Of a stretch of DNA of 64,000 bases, positions 54,643 through 63,010 are shown one piece after another. The DNA lies in contig NZ_QFOB01000002.1 of the NCBI RefSeq assembly GCF_003248515.1, positions 417,064 to 481,063 of the forward strand, given 5' to 3'. The position numbers and the translations under genes were made by a program. Origin of the DNA: Sphingomonas sp. (GTDB taxonomy: Bacteria; Pseudomonadota; Alphaproteobacteria; Sphingomonadales; Sphingomonadaceae). How positions within the stretch are numbered: position 1 is the stretch's first letter; each line of letters begins with the position of its first letter. The notes beneath the pieces are model-generated. The model saw only the letters and a program-made list of their open reading frames with translations. It made no database searches and was not told where the DNA came from.

Positions 54643-56142
54643 ATGGATATGGTCGGTACGGTGGAGCGGCGGAGCGTGCTGAAGGGCATGGCCGGCGCCG
54701 GGGCGGTGGCGGGTCTTTCCCGACTGCTCGTGGCCTGTGATGGCCGTGGCCGCCCGCTTTCCCCCGATACGAAGCAGGCGCTCAACGATGCGGTGGAAGG
54801 GGATGTCTATTGGCGGGGTGACGAGGCCTATGAAATGGCGCGCGGTCGCGCCGCCTATCGCGCGAACAAGCCCAGACGCTATCCGCAGGTGATCGTCCTG
54901 CCGGAGACCGACAAGGATGTGGTTGCGGCGGTCAAGTTCGCCGGGCAGCATGATCTCAGGGTCACTACCCGTTCCGGCGGGCACAGCTGGTCTTCCGCGC
55001 ATATCCGCGATGGCGTGCTGATGATCGACATGTCGAAGATGCAGGAGATCAGCGTCGATCCGGAGAGCAAGACTTTGTGGGTCAATCCTGGCGTGATCGG
55101 ATCGACGATCAACGCCCAGCTCAAGGATTATGGCCTGATCATCCCCACCGCGCATCATCCCTCTCCGGGAATAGGCGGTTTCTCGATGAACGGCGGTTTC
55201 GGCTGGAATTCGCGCCTGTGGGGCAATGGCGCACGGCAGGTGATCGCGCTCGATGTCGTGACCGCCGATGGCGAGCTGCTTCGGTGCGACAAGGATCGGA
55301 ACAGCGATTTCTGGTGGGCGGCGCGCGGCGGCGGCGCGGGCTTCTTCGGAGTCGTGACGCGCATGCAGATCCAGGCCCACGACCGGCCCAAGGTGTGGAA
55401 GGCGAGTGTACTGAGCTTCGATGATGCGCATGGCGTGTTTGATGAACTGATGGCCTGGGCGTGCGATCTCGTGCCGCGCATCCCGCCTCATATGGAAATG
55501 GTCATGACGACGACAGCGAACAGCCGCGAGACGGGCGAGCCCGTCTCGACGCGGATTACCGCCGCGGCGCTGGTGCTGACTGACGACGAGGCGGAGGCCG
55601 ATGCGGCGCTGGCCCTGTTCGACAGCTGCCCGGTGAAGGACAAGGCGAACTTCGTCGTCGATAAGGCGCCCACCACGCTGGAGGCGCGCTATGACAGCGG
55701 CTTCAAGGCAGATCCCGCAGGCTATCGCTTCGCCGCCGACAATTTCTACACCGACGCGCCCACCGAAAAGCTCGTTCCCCGGCTACGCAAGGTGTTCCTC
55801 GATCTCCCGAGCCCGCACACCCATACCTTCTGGTTCGCCTGGGGCCCGATCAAGCCTTTTTCGATCGACATGGCGCTGTCGATGCAGGGGCCGATCTATG
55901 TCGGCACCTATACGCTGTGGAGGGACCCGGCCGAGGATGAGGCGATGGAGGCGTGGCCGCCGGCGCGGATGAAGGAACTGGACGATATTTCGCTGGGTGG
56001 TCAGCTCAACGATGAGAACATGCTCCACCACCCCCAGCGCTATTTCACTCCGGAGGCCTTTGCCAAGCTGGAGCGGCTCCGGCGGCAGCATGATCCGAAG
56101 GGGCGCTTCGAAGGCTTTCTCGGCAAGCCTATGTCGGCCTGA
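54643..56142 (+). CDS. Tat-exported BBE/6-HDNO-like FAD-linked oxidoreductase (paralogue of 31142-32584)
   Basis: VERRSVLKG...LLVAC, TRSGGH, GFGWNSRLWG, WAARGGGAGFFG, QLNDENM and HDPKGRF. Confidence 0.88.
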   Translation: MDMVGTVERRSVLKGMAGAGAVAGLSRLLVACDGRGRPLSPDTKQALNDAVEGDVYWRGDEAYEMARGRAAYRANKPRRYPQVIVLPETDKDVVAAVKFAGQHDLRVTTRSGGHSWSSAHIRDGVLMIDMSKMQEISVDPESKTLWVNPGVIGSTINAQLKDYGLIIPTAHHPSPGIGGFSMNGGFGWNSRLWGNGARQVIALDVVTADGELLRCDKDRNSDFWWAARGGGAGFFGVVTRMQIQAHDRPKVWKASVLSFDDAHGVFDELMAWACDLVPRIPPHMEMVMTTTANSRETGEPVSTRITAAALVLTDDEAEADAALALFDSCPVKDKANFVVDKAPTTLEARYDSGFKADPAGYRFAADNFYTDAPTEKLVPRLRKVFLDLPSPHTHTFWFAWGPIKPFSIDMALSMQGPIYVGTYTLWRDPAEDEAMEAWPPARMKELDDISLGGQLNDENMLHHPQRYFTPEAFAKLERLRRQHDPKGRFEGFLGKPMSA

Positions 56143-56257
56143 TCTCTCCCTTCCATTCGATGATCGGGGAAGGCTGATATACGGATGGCGTCGTTGGTCG
56201 CGCGCATCCGCCTCGATAGGGTCTGCCTCATACAAGAAGCACTGGCTGGGGCGGGTG

Positions 56258-57385
56258 ATGCAGGATCGACTGAAAGTTCTGGTGATTGGCGGCGGTATCG
56301 GCGGGATGGCGTGCGCGCTCGCGCTGCATCGGGCGGGGCAGCCGGTCGAGATGATCGAGATCGATCCCCGGTGGAATGCGCTTGGAGCCGGCCTCACGCT
56401 CAATGGAGGAGCGATGCGCGCGCTCGCCGATCTCGGGCTGCTGGAGGAAGTGAAGGCGGCCGGCTTCGCGTCGATCGGTCCGGTGCGGCTGTGCGACGCG
56501 GAGGGCCATGTCGTGAGCGAGGGGTCGAGCGCGCCGATCTATGCCAACGGAATTCCCAATATGGGCGGTATTCTGCGGCCGAGGCTGCACGAGGTGATGC
56601 GTGAGGCGATCGTCGCGGCGGGCATCGATATGCGCAGTGGCGTCACCGCCGAGCGTTTCGAGGAAGGGCCTGATCGTGTTGCCGTCACCACATCGGACGG
56701 TGGGGTGCGCGACTATCTCTTCGTGCTCGGCGCCGATGGCCTCTTCTCGCGGACCCGCGCCATGATCATGCCGGATGCGCCGAAGCCGCGCTTCACGGGG
56801 CAGGGGTGCTGGCGCGCCGTCGTGCCGCGGCCAAAGGACGTCACCGCGACCTGGGTCTACTCGAACGGGACATCCAAGGCGGGGTTCAATCCGATCAGCG
56901 ATGCGCTGATGTATGTCTATCTCCTCGAATCCGCGCACGGCAATCCCTGGATGGCGCAGGAGGACTGGCTGCCGCTGTTGCGTGCGCGGCTGGCGAAATT
57001 CGGGGGCCATTTTCGTACGATCGCGGAGGAACTTGGTGGGGAATCGCTTATCAACTATCGTCCGCTTGAGGTGATTTTGGTGACGCCGCCCTGGCACCGG
57101 GGGCGTGTCCTGCTGGTGGGCGATGCCGCGCACGCGACCACCCCGCATGTCGGTTATGGCGCGGGCCTCGCCATCGAGGATGCGGTGGTGCTTGGCGAGT
57201 TGGTCGGCCTGATCGACGATGTCGAAACGCTGTTTCCGGCGTTTACTGCGCGTCGCTTCGAGCGGTGTCGCACGATCCTCGAGGGGTCGGTGAAGATCGG
57301 CGATCTCGAACAGGCCGATACCCCGCTCGCGGAGCAGCGCGCGCTCTCCGCATCGCTCGGGCGGGTCATCCGTGAGCCCATCTGA
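56258..57385 (+). CDS. Group A flavoprotein monooxygenase (aromatic hydroxylase)
   Basis: VLVIGGGIGG, GADGLFS and LVGDAAHATTPHVGYGAGLAIEDA. Confidence 0.9.
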   Translation: MQDRLKVLVIGGGIGGMACALALHRAGQPVEMIEIDPRWNALGAGLTLNGGAMRALADLGLLEEVKAAGFASIGPVRLCDAEGHVVSEGSSAPIYANGIPNMGGILRPRLHEVMREAIVAAGIDMRSGVTAERFEEGPDRVAVTTSDGGVRDYLFVLGADGLFSRTRAMIMPDAPKPRFTGQGCWRAVVPRPKDVTATWVYSNGTSKAGFNPISDALMYVYLLESAHGNPWMAQEDWLPLLRARLAKFGGHFRTIAEELGGESLINYRPLEVILVTPPWHRGRVLLVGDAAHATTPHVGYGAGLAIEDAVVLGELVGLIDDVETLFPAFTARRFERCRTILEGSVKIGDLEQADTPLAEQRALSASLGRVIREPI

Positions 57386-58199
57386 CGAAGCGGGCCGGTT
57401 GTCTCTGGCGGGTCGCGTCGCGATCGTGACGGGGGCCGCTGGCGGGATTGGCGGGGCTGCCGTGCGGCTGCTGCGCGCGCGGGGCGCACACGTGCTGGCG
57501 GCCGATATCGATATCGCCGGTTGCGCGGCCCTGTCGGATGATGGTGTCGCGCCGTTCGCCGTCGATCTCACCGATGAGGCATCGGTCGCGGCGATGATCG
57601 CCGGGGCCGTGCGGCGTTTCGGCCGGCTGGATATCCTGCACAACAATGCCGCCGATCAATCATCGGCCCAGTCGGCCGCCGATGGCGATATCCTCTCGAC
57701 GGGCACGTCCGCCTGGGATCGGGCCTTCGCCGTCAATGTGCGCGGGGCGATGCTCGCCGCGCAAGCCGCCATCCCGCACATGCTGGCGGCCGGCGGCGGA
57801 GCGATCGTCAACATGGCATCCAATCGCGGCATGCAGGGCGGTCTTACAGGCATCGCCTACAGCGCCTCGAAGGCGGCGCTGATTCAGCTCACACGGTCGA
57901 TCGCCGCCAGTCACGGCCCGTCCGGCATCCGCGCCAACACGGTTTCGCCGGGTTTGATCGTGACGGCGGGTGTGATCGACAAGGTGCCCCCGGTCTTCCG
58001 CAGTATCGTCGCGGAGGAGACGCTGGCTCCGGCGCTGGGCACGCCCGGGGATGTGGCGGAGATGGTCGCTTTCCTCGTCTCGGATGCGGCGCGCTACATC
58101 AACGGTGCCAATTTTGTGGTCGATGGCGGCACCGCTTCGCACATGCCGGGCCTTGCCGCGATGCGCGCGCTGGTTGCGGCGGGAGGGGGCCGGGAATGA
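57372..58199 (+). CDS. SDR-family oxidoreductase
   Basis: TGAAGGIG, HNNAA, YSASK and YINGANFVVDGG. Confidence 0.88.
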   Translation: MSPSDEAGRLSLAGRVAIVTGAAGGIGGAAVRLLRARGAHVLAADIDIAGCAALSDDGVAPFAVDLTDEASVAAMIAGAVRRFGRLDILHNNAADQSSAQSAADGDILSTGTSAWDRAFAVNVRGAMLAAQAAIPHMLAAGGGAIVNMASNRGMQGGLTGIAYSASKAALIQLTRSIAASHGPSGIRANTVSPGLIVTAGVIDKVPPVFRSIVAEETLAPALGTPGDVAEMVAFLVSDAARYINGANFVVDGGTASHMPGLAAMRALVAAGGGRE

Positions 58200-58633
58200 A
58201 TGAATTTTGGTTTCACCATGTCGGCGTCAGCGTGGCCGATATGGATGCGGCGCTGGGATGGTGGGAGGAGATGCTCGGCTTCACGCTGGAGCGACGTTAC
58301 CGGCTGGAGGCGATCCCGTCCGAGATCGCGATCGTCCGCAATGGCGCGCTTCATGTGGAGCTGTTCCAAGTCCCCCGGCCCAGGGCCAAGTCGGCCGAAC
58401 GGTCCGTGCCGGATGATGACGTGCAGACGCTTGGCAACAAGCATGTTGCATTTTCCGTGGCGGACGTCCGCGCCACGATCGAACGGTTGCGCGCCAAAGG
58501 CGCCGATATCGTGTGGATCAAGGATCTGCCCAACGGCCGCGCCGCAGCCTTCATCAGGGACAATGAGGGCAATCTGATCGAATTCGTTCAATGGCCCAAG
58601 GTGGACGATCCTGCGTCCCGCCTGCCGGAGTAG
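58196..58633 (+). CDS. Single-domain VOC/glyoxalase-family protein
   Basis: HHVGVSVAD, VELF, KHVAFSVAD and FIRDNEGNLIEF. Confidence 0.85.
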   Translation: MNEFWFHHVGVSVADMDAALGWWEEMLGFTLERRYRLEAIPSEIAIVRNGALHVELFQVPRPRAKSAERSVPDDDVQTLGNKHVAFSVADVRATIERLRAKGADIVWIKDLPNGRAAAFIRDNEGNLIEFVQWPKVDDPASRLPE

Positions 58634-58637
58634 GATA

Positions 58638-59318
58638 ATGATCGACAAGATATGGATCGCTCCGGGCGATGCAGTCGCGGATATCGGCGAGGGCGCATCG
58701 GTGATGATCGGCGGTTTCGGCACGGCGGGTATGCCGGACGAACTGATCGATGCTCTGATCGCGCGCGGCGTTGGAGATCTCACGATCATCAACAACAATG
58801 CCGGCAATGGTGAGGCCGGCGTCGCCGCGCTCATCAAGGCGGGACGGGTGCGCAAGATCATCTGCTCCTTCCCGCGCCAGACGGATTCGCACCATTTCGA
58901 TGCGGCCTATCGCGCGGGGGAGATCGAGCTGGAACTGGTGCCGCAAGGCAATCTGGCGGCGCGCATCCAGGCGGCGGGGGCGGGGCTGGGCGCGATCTTC
59001 ACGCCCACCGGCTATGGCACGATCCTCGCCGAAGGGAAGGAAACCCGTGAGATAAACGGGCGGCATTATGTGCTCGAATATCCGATCCACGCCGATTTCG
59101 CGCTGATCAAGGCGCACAGGGGCGATCGCTGGGGCAACCTCGTCTATCGCAAGACGGCGCGCAATTTCGGCCCGATCATGGCGATGGCCGCGAAGACAAC
59201 GATCGCGCAGGTCTCCGATGTCGTTCCGCTTGGCGGTCTCGATCCTGAAGTCGTCGTGACGCCGGGCATCTTCGTCCAGCGCGTCGTGCCGCTTTCACCG
59301 ATCCGCGCCGCCTCCTGA
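58638..59318 (+). CDS. pcaI: 3-oxoadipate CoA-transferase subunit A
   Basis: MIDK, MIGGFGTAGMP, NNNAGNG, ICSFPRQ and LVYRKTARNFGPIMA. Confidence 0.92.
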   Translation: MIDKIWIAPGDAVADIGEGASVMIGGFGTAGMPDELIDALIARGVGDLTIINNNAGNGEAGVAALIKAGRVRKIICSFPRQTDSHHFDAAYRAGEIELELVPQGNLAARIQAAGAGLGAIFTPTGYGTILAEGKETREINGRHYVLEYPIHADFALIKAHRGDRWGNLVYRKTARNFGPIMAMAAKTTIAQVSDVVPLGGLDPEVVVTPGIFVQRVVPLSPIRAAS

Positions 59319-59331
59319 TCTGGAGCATCAG

Positions 59332-59967
59332 ATGAACCGCCTGTCCCGTGACCAGATGGCCGCCCGCGTCGCCCTCGACATTCCCGAGGGCGCCTATGTG
59401 AACCTGGGCATCGGCCTGCCCACCAAGGTTGCCAATTATCTGCCGATCGATCGTGAAATCTTCCTGCAGAGCGAGAATGGCCTGCTGGGCATGGGCCCCG
59501 CGCCGGCGCCGGGCGAGGAGGATTGGGAATTGATCAATGCCGGAAAGCAGGCGGTGACGCTGCTGACCGGCGGCTGCTTTTTCCATCATGCCGATAGCTT
59601 CGCGATGATGCGCGGCGGTCATATCGATATCTGCGTGCTCGGCGCATTCCAGGTTTCTACGCGGGGCGATATCGCCAACTGGCATACGGGCGAAGCGGGC
59701 GCGATCCCGGCGGTGGGCGGCGCGATGGATCTCGCGATCGGCGCCCGACAGACCTTCGTGATGATGGAATTGTCGACCAGGCAGGGTGAGAGCAAGCTGG
59801 TGGAGAATTGCTCCTACCCGCTGACGGGGCTGGGCTGCGTCTCGCGGCTCTACACCGATATTGCCGTGTTCGATCTGGGGCCGGCCGGCGCACGCATCGT
59901 GGAAATGGTGGACGGTCTCGGCACGGATGAATTGCGCGCGCTGACCGGCGTTCCCCTGACCGGCTGA
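59332..59967 (+). CDS. pcaJ: 3-oxoadipate CoA-transferase subunit B
   Basis: YVNLGIGLPT, SENG catalytic motif and AIPAVGGAMDLA. Confidence 0.92.
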   Translation: MNRLSRDQMAARVALDIPEGAYVNLGIGLPTKVANYLPIDREIFLQSENGLLGMGPAPAPGEEDWELINAGKQAVTLLTGGCFFHHADSFAMMRGGHIDICVLGAFQVSTRGDIANWHTGEAGAIPAVGGAMDLAIGARQTFVMMELSTRQGESKLVENCSYPLTGLGCVSRLYTDIAVFDLGPAGARIVEMVDGLGTDELRALTGVPLTG

Positions 59968-59978
59968 GGAGTATCAGG

Positions 59979-61187
59979 ATGACCGAGGCTTTCCTCTGCG
60001 ATGCCATCCGCACGCCCGTCGGCCGTTATGGCGGGGGACTGGCGAAGATCCGCGCCGATGATCTGGGTGCACTGCCGATGAAAGCGCTGCTCTCGCGCAA
60101 TCCGGAGCTCGATCCCGCAGCGATTGAGGAGGTCTTCTATGGCTGTGCCAATCAGTCGGGCGAGGATAATCGCAACGTCGCACGCATGAGCCTGCTGCTC
60201 GCGGGGCTGCCGTTCGGCGTTCCCGGCGTGACGATCAACCGGCTGTGCGCTTCCGGGCTCGAGGCAGTCGGCGCGGCGGCGCGGGCCATCCGGGGCGGGG
60301 AGATGGCGCTCGCCATCGCCGGCGGCGTGGAGAGCATGACGCGCGCGCCCTTCGTGCTGGGTAAGGCGGAGAGCGCCTTCGGTCGCGCCCAGAAGCTGGA
60401 AGATACGACGATGGGCTGGCGCTTCGTCAATCCCGCGCTCGACGTGCTTTACGGAACCGAGACGATGCCGCGCACCGGCGAGAATGTCGCCGAAGCCTAT
60501 CGGATCAGCCGTGCCGATCAGGACGCTTTCGCGCTCCGCAGCCAGCAGCGCGCCGCGCGGGCGCAGGCAGGCGGCTTCTTCGCCGACGAGATCATTCCCG
60601 TTGCCGTGCCCGGGCGGAAGAAGGGCGAAGTGATCGAGGTTTCGCGTGACGAGCATCCGCGCGCCGACACGACCATCGAGGTGCTGCAGAAGCTGAAGCC
60701 GCTATTCGGCCCGGAAGGCAGCGTTACCGCCGGTAACGCATCGGGCATCAACGATGGCGCCGCCGCGCTGCTCGTCGCCAGCGAATCCGCCGCCAGGCGA
60801 CATGGGCTCACGCCGCGCGCCCGGATCCTCGGCATGGCTTCGGCGGGCGTGGAGCCGCGCGTCATGGGAATCGGCCCGCTGCCAGCGATGGAAAAGCTGC
60901 TGGGCCGGCTCAGCCTCGCGATGGCCGATTTCGATGCCATTGAATTGAACGAAGCCTTCGCGAGCCAATCCCTCGCCGTGATGCGCAGCCTGGGGCTTCC
61001 CGATGACGCGCCGCACGTCAACGCGAATGGCGGCGCGATCGCGCTCGGCCATCCACTCGGCATGTCGGGCGCGCGTCTCGCCATGACGCTGGTCCATCAA
61101 CTGGAGGCAAGCGGGGGACGGCGGGGTATGGCCACATTGTGTGTTGGTGTGGGCATGGGCCTTGCGCTCGCGATCGAGCGAGTCTGA
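59979..61187 (+). CDS. pcaF: 3-oxoadipyl-CoA thiolase
   Basis: RTPVGRYGG, GCANQSGEDNRNVARM, NRLCASG, NEAFA, GHPLG and TLCVGVGMG. Confidence 0.9.
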   Translation: MTEAFLCDAIRTPVGRYGGGLAKIRADDLGALPMKALLSRNPELDPAAIEEVFYGCANQSGEDNRNVARMSLLLAGLPFGVPGVTINRLCASGLEAVGAAARAIRGGEMALAIAGGVESMTRAPFVLGKAESAFGRAQKLEDTTMGWRFVNPALDVLYGTETMPRTGENVAEAYRISRADQDAFALRSQQRAARAQAGGFFADEIIPVAVPGRKKGEVIEVSRDEHPRADTTIEVLQKLKPLFGPEGSVTAGNASGINDGAAALLVASESAARRHGLTPRARILGMASAGVEPRVMGIGPLPAMEKLLGRLSLAMADFDAIELNEAFASQSLAVMRSLGLPDDAPHVNANGGAIALGHPLGMSGARLAMTLVHQLEASGGRRGMATLCVGVGMGLALAIERV

Positions 61188-61495
61188 TCCTTCCGGCTTG
61201 CTCGCAGCTGAAACCTGTCCCTCACGCGCTGGCCGTCGCCTGATAGCTCGACCCACACTGATCCACGGTAGCGGGTGCCGGCGGTGCTCACCCATGTGGA
61301 TTGCGGCCTCGGTTGTTTGCCGTCCCGTTATTTTTTCATCCATCTCAGGCGAAGGTTTTCCGGTCCTTTGATGTCTACGGGCAACGGGCGGGCCGGCGTG
61401 GACAAATTCGAGCCAGAAGGTGATTTCACCTGCATGGAAATCGCTCTGGTTTGACCGCGTAGCTGAGCGTCGTCTTGGCTGCGGGTGATCTAAGT

Positions 61496-63010
61496 TCACG
61501 CGGCAGCGCTATCTCCTTGGATCGCCCTGCGTAGGCAATCACCGGTATCGTCCGCCAGAGCTGCCAGACGCAGTCGCCTTACGGTCCCCGCTGCTTCGGG
61601 GCGACCGATGTGCGTTCTGGCAACGGCCAAGATCATCAGATGGTGGGACAGGCCACGTTCGAAGGTATCGCCGTAGCCCTTCAGGAGCACCTGGCATTCG
61701 GCGATTTCACAGGCAAGCGCTGAATCTACGGCAGCTGCCTCCCGGATAAGCGCCAGCCAGTCGTTGATACGATCTTGCTCTTCCGCATATCGCGCCGTCG
61801 AAGAGCGAAGCCTTCGAAGTGCAGAGATCAGACGGAGGGCAAGATACCAACGCAGGCCTGTCGATACTACGTGCCGGCCCTTGGCAAAACGTGGCTCTAG
61901 CCAGCGTCGCAGCCAAACGCTGCGGAGGATCAGGGCGCCTAAACCGAAAGGTATCGTTTCGCACACCTCGCGAAGTCGGGGGTGCATATATTCCGTCACG
62001 GTCATCACCTGTGTCGTGCCCAGTTCGACTTCCCGGGTGATGCGGGCTCGCCGGCTCGCCCGAACCTTGAGATCAGCTACGCGGATCGTGTCCTCATAGG
62101 CCATCCAGGCCGCCAGATGACGCGCGGTCAGGGCCGTAAGCCGGAATATATCGGCTCCGGCATCTACTGCCGTTATCGTGTCGAGGCGATCAAGATAGAA
62201 AGCGGCATATCCGGCATCCTGATAGTCCATCAGTCTGCGCACGCCTTCGAGCGCAAACCGGTGCGATGAGGGCGGCAGATTACCGAGGATCCGGGCTTTG
62301 AAATGCTGGCCAGCGGGCGTCGTCGGTTCCGGCGGCGCATCTGCGGGTGCTTGGGCTTCTGGCTCGTGTCTCGTTCCTGCCTGGCCGGCGGCGAACCCCC
62401 TGAGATTGGGAGCAACGGCCTTGCCACCAGCGCGGATCGCCTCCTCGAAGGCCTCGGTCGGAAAAGGCAGCGCGCCGCTGCTCGCAAGAGCGCCGAACAT
62501 CACCGAACTGATGATGCTGCCGGCCTCGGCGGCCGCCGCCTCCATGTCGAATCCGATGAACCGTGCAGAGCGTCGCCCCGCCGCATCGAGGATGCGCCGG
62601 CTGGAGCCGATCCCGTCGCCAAGCGCTGCCTTTTCCGAGATTGCATAGATGCGATGCGTCGAGCCTATCAGTGTCGTCCGATCCTGTGAGACGAAGCCAC
62701 GCAGGATCGCGCGGCCGGCTTCCATCAATTCCGATGCGATGACGATGTCGACATCACCTAGCACGGGCATCATCGCCATCACGGGCGCGGGATGGTTGGC
62801 ACCGGTTGAGGCACTGCGCACCATCTCGATATAATAGACGGTCGATCCGGTCCTCTGCGCGACGCCCGGCACAGACGTTCCCTGGGCGACGAAGCCATTG
62901 CGGTCGGCGAGATCGAGTATCCAGTCGGCCAGCACGCCGCCACCCTGGCCCCCAAGGGCGAGAATGGCGATCGTGATCCGGTCGCGACGCTGCGGTATGA
63001 GCAGGTCCAT
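61496..63010 (-). CDS. iorB: Indolepyruvate:ferredoxin oxidoreductase beta-subunit family protein
   Basis: ALGGQGGGVL, TSVPGVAQRTGST, EGVRRLMDYQD and WMAYEDTIRVADLK. Confidence 0.82.
   Translation of the reverse strand: MDLLIPQRRDRITIAILALGGQGGGVLADWILDLADRNGFVAQGTSVPGVAQRTGSTVYYIEMVRSASTGANHPAPVMAMMPVLGDVDIVIASELMEAGRAILRGFVSQDRTTLIGSTHRIYAISEKAALGDGIGSSRRILDAAGRRSARFIGFDMEAAAAEAGSIISSVMFGALASSGALPFPTEAFEEAIRAGGKAVAPNLRGFAAGQAGTRHEPEAQAPADAPPEPTTPAGQHFKARILGNLPPSSHRFALEGVRRLMDYQDAGYAAFYLDRLDTITAVDAGADIFRLTALTARHLAAWMAYEDTIRVADLKVRASRRARITREVELGTTQVMTVTEYMHPRLREVCETIPFGLGALILRSVWLRRWLEPRFAKGRHVVSTGLRWYLALRLISALRRLRSSTARYAEEQDRINDWLALIREAAAVDSALACEIAECQVLLKGYGDTFERGLSHHLMILAVARTHIGRPEAAGTVRRLRLAALADDTGDCLRRAIQGDSAAA

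Noticed and set aside
5356..56257. N-terminal extensions of listed ORFs (5356, 21865, 23503, 45581, 50608, 52053, 52673, 55997) suggesting fusion proteins
   Set aside because: The extensions are low-complexity Arg/Gly/Ala-rich and overlap upstream genes in another frame; family motifs begin at downstream starts with an RBS or stop-start overlap.
4679..57646. Long antisense ORFs (e.g. 4679-6229, 10659-12308, 31085-32434, 41967-43652, 50515-52317, 56228-57646)
   Set aside because: They are shadows of well-supported genes on the opposite strand in GC-rich DNA and carry no recognisable motifs.
61188..61495. Lower-GC gap between pcaF and iorB as an island boundary or pseudogene
   Set aside because: No direct repeat, tRNA, integrase, IS end or recognisable protein remnant was seen.
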